From: Carpediemonas membranifera BICM
Lineage: Eukaryota; Protista; Fornicata
Reading direction: 5' to 3'
DNA length: 64,000 nucleotides
Assembly (NCBI GenBank): GCA_019828565.1
Contig: JAHDYR010000011.1
Location: 133,072 to 197,071, forward strand
A model generated the notes under the pieces. That model worked only from the letters and a program-made list of their open reading frames with translations, did not search any database and was not told where the DNA came from. Both the position numbers and the translations under genes were made by a program. Shown here piece by piece: positions 1-11,918 of the stretch (the first letter of the stretch is position 1; the number at the start of each line of letters is the position of its first letter).

Positions 1-98
1 CTTGGCGAGGATGGAATCGGCTGCTCTTCGGACTTTTTGCCACTCTTCGGTCGTAGCTAAGCGTTTTCCAAGCTTGGTGAGCTCTGTTCCAGCTTCGT

Positions 99-722
99 CT
101 ACATCATTCCCCCGGCCCATGGCTTGTTGGGGGAACTTTGTGTTTGTGGCCGAAATTGGTCTCGAAAAGTCGGAGGGGGAAAGTCGGCATGAATCCCCCG
201 GGGGGGAGCCCTCCCTGCCCGCCTCGCCTGTAGGCGCCGTTGCCGGCGCTCGTAGGCTGGGAAACCCGGGGTCAGGGAGTAATCGGCCTTGGAGGTGAAC
301 ATCACGAAGGCCGGCCCGCATCGGGGCAGTGGCCGGCGCTGTTGGTCCTCGCGGTGGATTTTCCAGGCCGCCTGGCTTACCCACCATGGCCTTCCGGTTA
401 TCAGGGCGTAGTGGTATAGCAGGATGTCATTTTCTAGCATTTGGGTAGCCGTTATTTCCCTTTCTCGGCTGGGATTCTGCCACCACTGTAGCTGGTGATC
501 CACTCCTGGGGGGAAGGGATCCTTTATCTTGCTATACCCTTTTAGGTCGCCGTACATCCGGATCAAGTCGGCGATTTTCTCGGTTCTCGTGCGCTCCTTG
601 CGTAGAGGAGGCCCTATGGGATGCTCGGGGAGGAGATCTTCTGCTCGGGCAACGTACCCGCCCTGTGGGTTCCTGGGAAACGCGTCCATTGCCGGCCGGT
701 GGCTCGGATGAGGAGTGTGCAT
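99..722 (-). CDS. Hypothetical protein in the transposon-rich block
   Basis: 207-aa ATG-started ORF, divergent from the next ORF; no recognisable motif. Confidence 0.3.
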   Translation of the reverse strand: MHTPHPSHRPAMDAFPRNPQGGYVARAEDLLPEHPIGPPLRKERTRTEKIADLIRMYGDLKGYSKIKDPFPPGVDHQLQWWQNPSREREITATQMLENDILLYHYALITGRPWWVSQAAWKIHREDQQRRPLPRCGPAFVMFTSKADYSLTPGFPAYERRQRRLQARRAGRAPPRGIHADFPPPTFRDQFRPQTQSSPNKPWAGGMM

Positions 723-850
723 TTTAGTGCTCCATCACCTGATCACACCATAGCCTTGTGGCGTTGCACGTTGGCCTTTCCGAGCAGGGGCGGGGAGGTG
801 TGGCCTATTGCCTGAGATGCGGGGTCGGTTGCGAACCTTGTAGCCATAAT

Positions 851-1549
851 ATGAGTTCACCACATTTGGTTCCTGTTACACCCATTAGCCCGCCTGGCGA
901 CTACCACCAAGGCCCAGGCATTGCCGCGGCGGAGCCCCAGACCCCTAGAGAGGGCTGGGGGTCGGATTCTTCCACCACATCGTCCTCTGTGGAGGAGCTG
1001 CCCCCCGGGTCATTGGCATTGCCTTCCTCCCGCAGCGCCCGCGCCTCTGCTCCCAACCTGGTGGGATGGGGCCTCAGGAGTCCTCAACGCCGACTCTTCC
1101 GCTCCTTCCAGGGGAAGGCCGTCCCCCGCCGCCTCCAGCTGGCCCGGTCCCCTGCTTCCCCCGGTCCTCACAACGGCGAGGGCGCTGCCCCGTTTGTCAC
1201 GCCATTGGCTTCCTCCCCAGCTGGGGCTCGCACCGTTCGTCAGCCTGTGGCTCCACTTGCGTCAGCCCTCGACGCTCTCAGCACTTTGGATCGCATCGCC
1301 ATGGACTGGCACTCGTGTGCCTATGCCTTCGTGGACATGCTCCATGAGGGGACCGACGAGGATCAGCCTGTCGAGAACCTACAGGCCATTTTGGCATTCC
1401 AGCGCACTTCTCAGTCCCAGATGGTTATGTATCGCAGCAGCAGGGGCGCTCTTGAGCGGGCCCTTAGGCAGTATGTCCCTTCGGTTTCCCATTTCCTTGC
1501 CGACGGAAGCCCCTCAGTGGAGTTCCTGGGCGCCGGGACTCCTCAGTAA
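851..1549 (+). CDS. Hypothetical protein with Pro/Ser-rich N-terminus and helical C-terminus
   Basis: ORF from ATG 851 (MSSPHLVP) to TAA 1549; no recognisable motif. Confidence 0.35.
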   Translation: MSSPHLVPVTPISPPGDYHQGPGIAAAEPQTPREGWGSDSSTTSSSVEELPPGSLALPSSRSARASAPNLVGWGLRSPQRRLFRSFQGKAVPRRLQLARSPASPGPHNGEGAAPFVTPLASSPAGARTVRQPVAPLASALDALSTLDRIAMDWHSCAYAFVDMLHEGTDEDQPVENLQAILAFQRTSQSQMVMYRSSRGALERALRQYVPSVSHFLADGSPSVEFLGAGTPQ

Positions 1550-2084
1550 ACACCCAGGGTTGAATGGGGGGTTGAGACCATGTTGCTGCTGTTCCTTGCG
1601 GTATCTGCCTACCACTCGGGTTGCTGGGCCCCGGCATTCTCCCCCTTCTCCCAGCGGGGAGCGCGGCCACAGGGCGCCATTTGGGTTTCCCTCCAGTTGC
1701 GCGTCATTCCTACTAAATTCATGAGTTCATACCTTGGTTTCGGCTTGGTTGCAGTGGTGAGGGCCCTTGGCATGTTGCTGGGGGCTCCTCTGGACGTTCT
1801 TTGCCCTGTGGGTTGAGGAACGTCCGGGCGGTAAGCTTCCCTTGGTCTTTTGGATGGTAATATCCCATCAGACCGCTCACCGGGGGCTCCATGCCCATAC
1901 GGGTTTCGTTGCCCCAGAGGGTGCACTTTAGGGAGCACAGAGAACCAACCCAAGCACAGCGCCCGTCCGCTAGCGGGTTATACAAGGCAGGCAGGGTGGT
2001 TTCAGGGGCGACGGCTCGTGCCTCCGGCGCTCGCATCTTCCAGTTTTCTGCCACCGGCCCGTTTCGCTTCCGTTTGACTTGGTC

Positions 2085-3322
2085 TCAGGCGATCTCATCG
2101 AGGAGGCTAGAGAGAGGCCTCGTGCGCCCTATGGGTAGAAGTGGTAAAGAGTTATGCTGTTCCTGCTGGTATTCCCCGAGCAGGAGAACTCCCGATGCTG
2201 AATTGACCAAAATGTGGCATTCCGCGCTATAGGTCACCGCCGCTCTGTTTTGAGCTCTATAAACCTCGAAAGAATCGCCAATGGCTATCATTCCTCGGCG
2301 CTTGGCTTTGTTCCGGTTGGTGATTCCAACTTTCCATACCGGACATTTTTTGACACGTACTCTTGGCCATTTATATGGCCCGTAGTCTTGAGCACGTCGT
2401 CCTCGGTGTCGATCTCGGCATCGTCAAGGATCATGGCCTCGAACGGGGTCTTGGCCTTGAGCTCAGATTTGGCTCTGAGGCCGCCGCCCGACTCCCTGGA
2501 GCGTGTCTTCTCTGAACGGGGACACTCGTTCCGCCAGTGATTGCCCTGGCAGATGGGGCAAGGGGTCTTCGGGGGCCTGTTGGTCGGATGGATGTCGTTC
2601 GGACGCGGCTTGGAGGTGGGAGCCGCTTCCTTGGCCTTGATGGGGAGGGCCTGCTTGGTGCTGGAGGATTCGTCAGTGTCGGGGTCGCTGTTAGCCTTGG
2701 TTCTGGCCTTCTTGGTGCGCACTAGATCGTAGCCGTAGCGCGTCATGTCCAAGCGAAGCTGGTCTTCAACCCGGGCGGCCTCGGTGAGTTTGTACACGTC
2801 CTCGAGCTTGGTTGGCTTTCGGAGGTCATACTCCGTGCGGACGACACGTTGGAAAGCGTCAGGTGCCAGATGGGAGAGGCACAGCTTGGTGGCTTTTTCG
2901 ATGACGGTATCGTCGTCGCGGGAGAGGTTCTCCTCTTCGGAGAATGTGCCCTTTGTGTAGAGCTGGAAGATGTCCTGGAATGCGTTGATGTACTTGCGCA
3001 CAAGGACGGTGCGGGTGTTGAGGTCGGTGATAGTGGATTCACAGCGGACCTTGCTCAGCTCGGCGAGCCATTGGCGGGATGTCTGAGGGCCGACGAGCTT
3101 GTCGAGGTGCTTGAAGAGCTCCTCTTCGGTGATGGTTTCAGCGTTGAGGTCGAACTGTCGCTGAATGAGATCCGACAAGGCGTCGGTGAGGAAAAGGGAG
3201 GCTTTCGCGTCAGGTGCGAACACCTTGAGGCGTTGGACTTGCCTCTTGAAGGAGCGGACGCTCTCTCGGTCGAGGTTAATAGCGTCGAGCTCTGGAATTG
3301 TCATTTGGGTTTTGGCAAACAT
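2085..3322 (-). mobile_element. Degenerate retroelement gag-like ORF with CCHC zinc knuckle, followed by a retropepsin-like remnant
   Basis: 344-aa ORF 2288-3322 containing CPICQGNHWRNEC; then GHINGQEY with no DTG motif; the next segment (2085-2291, ...HILVNSASGVLLLG) resembles the C-terminal half of a retropepsin. Confidence 0.6.
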
Positions 3323-3401
3323 GAGTCTGTACTAGAATCGATTCTGTGGCGACAACAGTATTTACACATAACCTGCGAAGCAGGGGTGAGTGTGCCCGTA
3401 G

Positions 3402-4790
3402 TTATAAATAGCAATAATAATAACTGAGGCACTGACACCGGAGAATTCCAGCCGCCGGGGCAGCGCGCTGGGAGGAGTCGTTCAGGGCCTGAGTGGCCGC
3501 ATTGCGGTCCAAGTTGAAGTCAGACGGCGTTGATGGGCGGTGCTGGACTGTCCAGGCGTCTCTATGGTACTTTGTGAGTTGTTTCTGAGGCTTTTTGGCC
3601 TCCATCTCATAGAGTTCGTCCTTGGTCCTAGGCCACTCTTCGGCGCCTTCAACGGTAAACAGGGCCTCGTCTAGGTGCACAGACCGGTCCGGAAGCAGCT
3701 GGTGCAGCTGGTGTTCCGTGCCCAAAAATGCGCATTTCCAGACGAGTGATGGGATTGGCATGCGGAGCCCGTAATCTCCATAATCGAGAGCCATTCTACG
3801 AGTTTTGTCTTCCAGACCATCTCTTAGTTGCAGAATGTGCTCTACGCTGCGGCTAAGCATCTGCTCGAAGCGGGATGTCCTGCTTTCGTGCCTAATCGGC
3901 GACACAGCTCTGTAGATTGCGGATGGCATCGCAAGAATGCATGAACGAATCATATTCAGCGCAACGCTGGCCGCAGAAGGCCCTACAGTCTCCACCATTT
4001 CCACGACGCGAGCAGTCGCCATCTCCATCTCCGAGAAGACATCATCGACAGCTCTTGCCTCACCATGAGCGTCACCAACAGGGATTCCAACGGCTCTACC
4101 GTTGACTACCCGCTGAATGGCACCCGGGGAGCCAGCAGCGCTGATCACCATACACTTAGCCGTGTTCACGCGCATGCCGATGCGGCCACAAACCTCAGCC
4201 ATCCGGTCGTAGAACCGATCAACTCGTGAGGCCGGCATGGACGCTGGCGCGATCAAGTAAGCATCGTCCTGATAGGGAGACCATCCTGCACTCCTGGAAC
4301 TCACCTCTGATCTGGTCCAGGACCGGCTTCATCGCCAGGGTGAACAGCAGCGGAGATATGGGGTCCCCTTGCTGGATGCCCTCCCGGGACGGGATGACAA
4401 GGCCTGTTGGTGTGATCATCTTGCCCCCGGCATACATCGTGTGCAGGTACGGTAGCAAGACCGGGGCCCACGCCTGTGCGACCTCAGACAGATGCTGCCG
4501 ACTGACGGTTCCGTACGCATTGGACATGTCAACGGCGCACAGCTGCGCACCGCCGGCGTACGCTGTCTTCAGAATGTCACCCATGCAGTCCAGGCCGCAG
4601 CTCTCGCCCAGTCCGAACTGCCCCTCGCACACACCATCGCCAATAATCCTCAGCCCGACATCGTGGGCTAGGACCTTGCCTGCGAGGCGTCTCAGGCTCT
4701 CGCCCATTGCAATGGGCCGGACCTTGGAGTCTCCCTTAGGCAGGGCAACGAGCCTCGAAAGGCGGATGTCAAAAGTCAGCACCGCATCAA
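3402..4790 (-). mobile_element. 5'-truncated CRE/SLACS-like non-LTR retrotransposon reverse transcriptase (one frameshift)
   Basis: RT motifs RLVALPK..KVRPIAMGESLRRLAGK, QFGLG, VDMSNAYGTVSR, GIQQGDPISPLLF and, after a one-base shift at ~4275, YQDD; ends in a TTA-rich tract at ~3403-3423. Confidence 0.85.
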
Positions 4791-4794
4791 CCGA

Positions 4795-7700
4795 CAACTA
4801 GGCATAGCAGGCAATGACGAACCTGCGCCAAGATGGAAGGGAACAAGGGAAGGCATCGGCACGATAGTGAGCCCACACGCAACTGCAAAGTGGGACATCG
4901 GCATATCGGACAGCCTATCGGGAAGAGTGCAAGCCAGCATAATGAGAACCGGCAGGGACATACTAGTCATCAACGTGTATGGCCCCCCATCCGGCCACAG
5001 CAAGCAGGAGAAGGATGGATTCAGGGACACTATACAGAAGATCATGGACATGAAAGGGAGCATGGAGGCCATAATTATGGGAGACTGGAACATCGACCCA
5101 GGCCAGATGGAAAGATCCACCCGGTGGAAGGATATGATGGAGAAGCACAGGCTCAAAGCCATCATACCCAAGTCTGGGACGCTCACATCAGGAACATCAA
5201 CCCCGGACTTTGCAGTGACAACACCAGGAATCCAGGGGGCGGAGATTGAGGTGGTAGAGTCTCAGAAGGTCGGGGTATGGGGCTCAGCACACAATGGAAT
5301 CACACTAGCATGGAAGGAACAACGGTACTATGGCAGAAGTGAGCGAGACGTGGCTCTGGCCATACCCGAGGTGCACACCTGGCCCATGAAAAAGAAGGAG
5401 GGGCCAGTCACAGTCTCAAAGCTGAACAGGATCAAGAGCTCGGACCAATGGGAAGAGACTATAAGAGCATGCATGGGCGACCCAGTGAACAACAGGGGAG
5501 CAAAGGCAAGGGACAAAGTGTTCGGGAACGGAGTGTGGAGCGAACTCCAGCGAACCCCATGGACCGAAATAGGCAACAGGACCAGGAAGGAAAGGATGAA
5601 AGAGGAGCTGGAGAAATACTGGGGAGAGCGCAGGGCCAAATGGGTGGCCGACCTCAGCAGAAGTGCAAAGGGGGGTATAGGGCCTCAAGGGCCTCAGTGG
5701 AAGCTGCCATCAGAAGGTGGTGGTGTGATAACCAATACAAGGGAATGCCGGAGAGCCTCCTCAAGGACGGAGTGATAACCACGGACAAGGCGGCCATCAG
5801 CGAGATCCTCTTGCAACAGTATGCTAGAGTCAGCAGAGGCAGGGAACCCACCTGGAAGACATGGAGGGGCAGGGACGGAAATGAGTTCAAGGAAAGCGAG
5901 GTCAAAGCCGCAATCAAAAAGGATCAGGAGGGACACCGCACCAGGGCCTGACCTCACATCTGGAGACATGCTGAGAGAGCTGGATGAGAAAGGCCTTAGG
6001 GAAGTGACGAGGCTCATCAACAGGGTCTACAGGGAGGGCGACGTACCCAAAGCATGGAAGTATGCCACAGTGTCGGCCATACACAAGACAGGGAAGCCAA
6101 GGGTCAAGCCGGAATCATATAGACCAATATCCTTGACACCACTGCTGTACAGGGTCTATGGTAGATTGCTCAAGATACGTCTGGAAGCAGCAACGAAAAG
6201 GTTCATACCAAGAGAACAGGCTGGTTTCCAGTCAGACAGGGACGTCATCCAGCAGATACAGTACATTGTGCAGCGGCACCAGGAGGGGGTGAGACCACGT
6301 CAATCTTTCTGGACATCGAGAAGGCATATGACACGGTACCAAGGGACATTCTCATGGATAAGCTACAGGGTATGGGGGTGGAGGAGCACTTGATCAGGGC
6401 AATTCAAGGCACAATAAAGGAAACCTGGATATCAGTCAAGGGGGCAAAGGCATGGGAAAGAACCAACAGGGGAGTTAAGCAGGGGTGCGTCCTGGCACCG
6501 ACACTGTTTGTGCTGTTCATGGCTAACTGGCCCCACCTGGCCAGAAAGAAAATCAAGGGAGAACGGTACGACATCAGAGAACCGCCAAGGACCACGAGCC
6601 ACCTCAGCGACCGACTACCGGCAGCACTTACCATGTTTGTGGATGACACTGCGGTCACAGGGAGCAAACCGGAGCATAGCCAGATGGTCGCCAACATAAT
6701 GGTGGACATAATCAGAGAGCATGAAATGAGGGTGAACGCCCAGAAGAATGTAATGATTAGCGTGGACAGAACAGCCCTAGTCAGGATCGAGGGGGTAACA
6801 CTACTGCCAGAGAAGGAGGCGAGATACCTGGGATTATGGATCGCAAGTGGGAAGGACCCTATGTCGGCCTGCATAAGGCGGAAACAGGAGCAGAGCGAAA
6901 GGTACAAGAGACTGGTGAGATGGGCAGGGTGGACCAGGGCAAACATGCCAGCACTAGCAAGCAGGCTACTACTGGAAATATATATATGGCCCAGGATCCT
7001 CTTCGGAGTCGAGGTGTGGGGGAACGCACCGGGAGGTAGAAGGATCTGGAATGACTGGCAGGGAATCATGGCAGGAACAGGACCGGGAGGGGGCGCAGCC
7101 ATGAGGCTGATGAATGGATGGGTGGACCTCCAGGCACACATGGAATGGCTGGCAGTCAAAAGGATAGTCAACTACAGGGACCAGGATATACCAGTCAGAA
7201 ACAGAGAATGGGGGCGGGGCACGGTTATGTGGGAAGCTAGGGAGAGAGTGCAGCATCTACTGGAGGGCACCAGAGAGGGAGCCCCTAAACCAGCGCTACT
7301 GGATTATGGCATGGAAACGATCAGGAGGGGGTGGATGAAGCGGTGCAAAAGCCGTACGGCACTAGGACTAATGGAAATCATGGGGACAAGGAAATTATGC
7401 AAGTGTCTGCAAGGTAAGCCTACGGTAGACCGAAAGGCTGGGAAGGGGCAAAGCAGGGCGGAATGGAAGAGAATTGTATCCATTGCAGCCAATGTCAGCC
7501 CATCCCCATCGTCGGCAGAGAGAGGGGAGGGCCCTATGAGAGCCATCACAGAGCTGGCCCAAGGCGCTGACCTGAAGAGAGAAATTAGCAGACTATGCCC
7601 CCTATGCTCGGAGGAGTCGGAGGTGAGCCTGTTCTACAGGATCATTAGGGAAAAGCCAGGACCAGCAAGGAAGCAGGAAATGATCAGGGGAGTGGGCAGA

Positions 7701-9065
7701 GGGCCAGAGGCTAGGATCGGCAGCGCACATAATCTGTGAATGCCCGGCAGTAGACAGGGGAGAAGCTTGGACAAAGCTGTGGACAGCAGCAAAGCACAAA
7801 ACTAAGGACTTGGAAGTAAGGCAGGGCCCCCAGGGCGAATGGTACCAGGAAAGACCCATCCTAGAATTACAGCAACTAATAATATGGGGCTCGGAGGACA
7901 TTTGGGAAGGCCTCACGGCAGGACTACGGGAACTGGCAAAGGTTTACAACAGCTTCAAGGTGGAATAGAAGCATGTCATGAACCCCTGACTCCAGGACCG
8001 GGAAGGGATGGACAAGGAATCAGCCATGGACCACCCTCGCTGGTGCTAAGCTCCTGGGATCAGTGAGGAAAGGCCCCACGTATCCCGGTAGCCAGGAACC
8101 AAAGCAAGGGAAGGAACGACTGCAAGGAAAGAACAGGAAGGACAGACCAGAAATAAGAAAGAAAGGACATGCGACAAGGACAGAGCAAGGATAAGGTCAA
8201 GGAAATCCATATTCATATGGTTGCACCACTCGTTGGGACCCCAAGGAAACTGCAGGGACTGGCCACGGGGGTCGGAGGGGCACAGGTGCCCCTGCCGCCC
8301 TTGTTAACGACATGGGAAACCAAGGACATGTAGTGCAAGCGAAATGTTGTAAGGGGAAACAGGACAACCAGGCCTAGTGCCTGGGGGTACACCACCATGC
8401 CCTGACCCACGCCACCTAACCGGGGTAGACAGCATGGACTTAGTCACTTTCCCCGCCTTCGGGTAGGCTTCCTAACAGAGTCGAGGGGGCATGGAATTGG
8501 GGAACCGGACAGACGAGAGGGTGCCGTGGCTGAACGGCTCTACAAGGACTGCAGGGAAGCAAGGAGTGTCATAGTCAAGGTTCTGCAGGACGATCCTGCC
8601 TGTCAATGCCCCGAGGACAGACCCCCAGGCTCCCCGGATAGTTGCCGGACTTTCAGGGAGACAGGAAAGCATATTTGCACGGAGATGGCCGCAGGGCCTC
8701 TGGGGCGATTGGAATCGGCTTTCCGCGGAGACAGTAGCACCGAAAGCCCAAGGCAAACGCTGCTGACCAGTTTGCCACGGGAAATAGGCAGTACCCCGGG
8801 GCACTCAGTTCCAAGACAACGGGAAACAAGCTCAGTCCGGGGTCAGAATCCAAGCACCATAAATTTCTTTCTTTCGTACCAGTCGGGCCTTGACGACTCT
8901 GGTTAACGCCCTCTTAGGAAGTTTCAGGTGAGCTCAATGGGGGAGCCAACATGCTGAGGCATTCTCCTGTGGGGTGGCACAAACTGTGAGGTTCAGTTTA
9001 CACAGGAAGTTCTGGGTCCGCTGGATACTGAATGGTCACGGTAAATTTCTTTCTTTCTTTCTTTT
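4795..9065 (+). mobile_element. 5'-truncated APE-type LINE: endonuclease + RT + C-terminal CCHC, frameshifted, with a long 3' region and (TTTC)n tracts
   Basis: APE motifs INVYGP, IIMGDWN, PDF, SAH; RT motifs APGPD, YRPISL, QAGF, FLDIEKAYD, GVKQGCVLAPTLF, FVDD, YLG; CPLC...HIICEC; coding ends ~7967; frameshifts near 5745, 5915, 6295 and 7720; strong purine skew. The 3' boundary is uncertain. Confidence 0.9.
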
Positions 9066-9114
9066 ACAGGCATCGTGCCCGGTCTCTGACTCTTCTCTGT
9101 CCCAAGATAACCAA

Positions 9115-9418
9115 GGTAGCATCTCAGACGGGTGAGTGGCTGGGCTCAAATCTGTCATTTTCATATCTCAATCATTTGATTCATTTAGGGGGATTCCGCG
9201 CCTGCGCATATACTCCACATAGAGCCCGAGCGATTCAGCGAGACCCTTGTCCAAGGCATGCCAACTCGTGTTTTGTATGCGCGACCAACTTCGAAAATGG
9301 TCGCGACCCAGCGCAACGAGTTGGAATGGGATCATCGGGAGATTGGCTTAATCGCGAGGGCTAGCTGAGTGCTGGTGATCAAGGGGGTGTGCCGCTGGTA
9401 GCATCTCAGACGGGTGAG
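9115..9418. repeat. 22-bp direct repeat GGTAGCATCTCAGACGGGTGAG
   Basis: Exact copies at 9115-9136 and 9397-9418. Confidence 0.85.
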
Positions 9419-11693
9419 AACCGATGCCTCCGGTGGCTACGACCTGTGTTTCCGTGATCTCCTCCTTTGCGATGTAGAAGTCGACAATCGCTGAGAACTT
9501 GTACCGATCTTGACGCCGGATGTCAAGCTTGGCGAGCTCGCTTTTGGCAAAGATCTTCTTACGACCGCGGATATCCCACGCCTGCAGCCGCTTGACGGAC
9601 AACCCGCACCCAATGGTTGTGAGGGCAAACAGCGCGAGTTGAATGCAGAAGATTCCGGTCAGGAACGAGACGACAACGGCCGTGGTGAAGATGACGAACA
9701 ACACAAGAAGGACGACCGCCATGCCAGTGTGATCTGGGACGACTGGGAACAGGGCGAACAGCCCCGTGGGGTTGGCCGTGCTGTTGAGCAAGAGCTCATC
9801 AGAGACAGACATGTCGATGATGATCTGGCCGTACTCAAGTGATACGTCGATCACGGAGGGGGTGAACTGCGATGACCTGGGCTTTGGGTCGAAGCGTCGG
9901 ATGCGCCCGGTCGAGCCGTTGTACCCGTCTGCGATGAGAACCGAGGACTCCTGGTACCGCGCATGCACAGCCGAGTTGGAGCAGAGCTCCTGTCGCCCAG
10001 TGCTCTTAGGTGCATGAAGCACGGCTGAGTAGACCCAGCCATTGTCTGTGCGCTCAAAGACGGAGCCAAAAGTGTACCCCGAGCCCGTGGAGCTGACGTC
10101 AGACGTGGCGATCTTCGTCCCGTCACCCCTGATGCTCACGTAGTAGCCGAACTGGATGTTGTCTGGCGATGGACTGGCGATGGTGACCATGTTGGTCATC
10201 TTCCACTTCTCGTCCATCGTGGCCACGTAGAACAGGGAGTTCCGGGATCCGATCACGAAGAGATGGTCGTGGATGGCGATGTCCGTCCCGAAGTAGAAGG
10301 CGTCGCTGGGTGCGGGTGCCGGCATGAGGCTGAAGGCATTGGTGTCGCCGTGCGGCAAATACCCGTTCTCGATGGGGTAGACGTACAGCACATTGTTCTC
10401 GGTCCCCGCAACGAGGAAGCCGCTCGCGGTGTCGTCAACGTAGAGCTCAAGGATGTTGCTGCCGAACCTGACGATGCTTTCGCCCGGCGGCCAAACCATG
10501 AGCTGACCGTTGTCTTTCCACGGGATCGGCTCGAAGTACGACGATTGGTTCTGGAAGAAGAAGACACCACCCATGCCTTCTGATGCTCCAGGGGCGCCGA
10601 TGGCCATCGTATCGCGGCTGATGGTGACCCTGGACCCGAACTCCGAGGAGAACGTCTTCTGCATGGGATCGACCCTCTGGAGTGTGTCGATCGCGAGCTC
10701 TGCCGGGGCACTGCCCTTGAGCCGGTTGAACGTGCGCCTGAAAAAGCTAGTCTCGACCTCCTGGACCTGCATGAGCTCGGTGACCCCGAACACCCTCGTC
10801 TGCGGGTTCCCAGGGAGCCCGACGGCGGCGTATGCCCCATCTGCCCTGATGAAGCCGTCAGAGATGCCGGCGATGGCCTCGCTTGTGATGAACACAACTG
10901 GCTGGAACTTGCCCGACCGCTCGATCTGCTGATAAACGACAATATTGCTCGTGTCGGCTTGAGTGGTCTCGAATGTCTGGACGAGCAAATCGTCGAACAT
11001 GGCAGCATTCTGAGGCCTGTCGGGCATGAGAGTGTTGAGCGAGTTGAAGGCTAGATTCCATCCGGAGTCATCCTTGACGAGCTGGAGCACAGTTGGTGCC
11101 ATTGGCAGTGAGCATACCGAAGAAGCGGCCGTCAGCGAAGACGGTGTCGAGCGCTGCGTCGGTCGAGACTGTCGTGTTGGTGTCAATGAGAAGTTGCGGG
11201 TGGTTCGCAGCGTCAATAGTGTATATATGAACAGGCTGCGGACTACTGTCGCACATAACGAGGACGCGTTCGCCGCTGTCAATGAAGGCCTTATGCCAGG
11301 TGCAATTGTCGAGGGCAATGGAGTTGATCCAAAAGCCAGTGGCATGGGTGTTGGAAGAGAAGCGGACCTTGTCAGTGGAGACAGAGACATAATCGCGACT
11401 CAGCGACAGATGCGGCGATTTGAGGTGAGATTCTCTGATCCGGAAGGAATGGTGAAGTCTGAAAGAGGGAGATAGGTATTGCCGAACATCTCATACACAA
11501 CGAGAAAGGCATCGCGGTAATCGTTGCCCTGCATGAATGGGAGCGAAGCAATGGCGAGATAGGCCTCGTTCATCACAAGACTGGTGCCGAAGGAAGAGAA
11601 GTCCACTTGAGAAGGAAGCACGGCGTGTGGAATGGGCAAAAACTGCGTTATACAGCAGCAAACTGCTATAACGGCGAAGATAACGAGTTTCAT
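9348..11693 (-). CDS. FG-GAP/integrin-alpha-like beta-propeller membrane protein (two compensating frameshifts)
   Basis: Signal peptide MKLVIFAVIAVCCC; repeats FGSRVTISRDTMAIGAPG, FGTDIAI, FGYYVSI; C-terminal TM segment. The true frame runs through the 11068-11256 ORF between shifts at ~11420 and ~11090. Confidence 0.75.
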
Positions 11694-11918
11694 GTCGCTG
11701 TTGGTGAGTAACGTCACATTGGAAACTGGACACAAGAGTGTCGAATGTCACCATGGAAGTGCCCGTGAAGGCATGGAAGATGATGTGCATGGCCTCTAGA
11801 TTGCCACTCGCACCTTCTACATGCCCAGAAAACGAGTATTCAGGATGGTCCATCGTGACCTTACCTTAAACTGCGCATCGACTCAGAGCGCTGGAGTCCA
11901 AGTCACCCGTTGTAGTAG

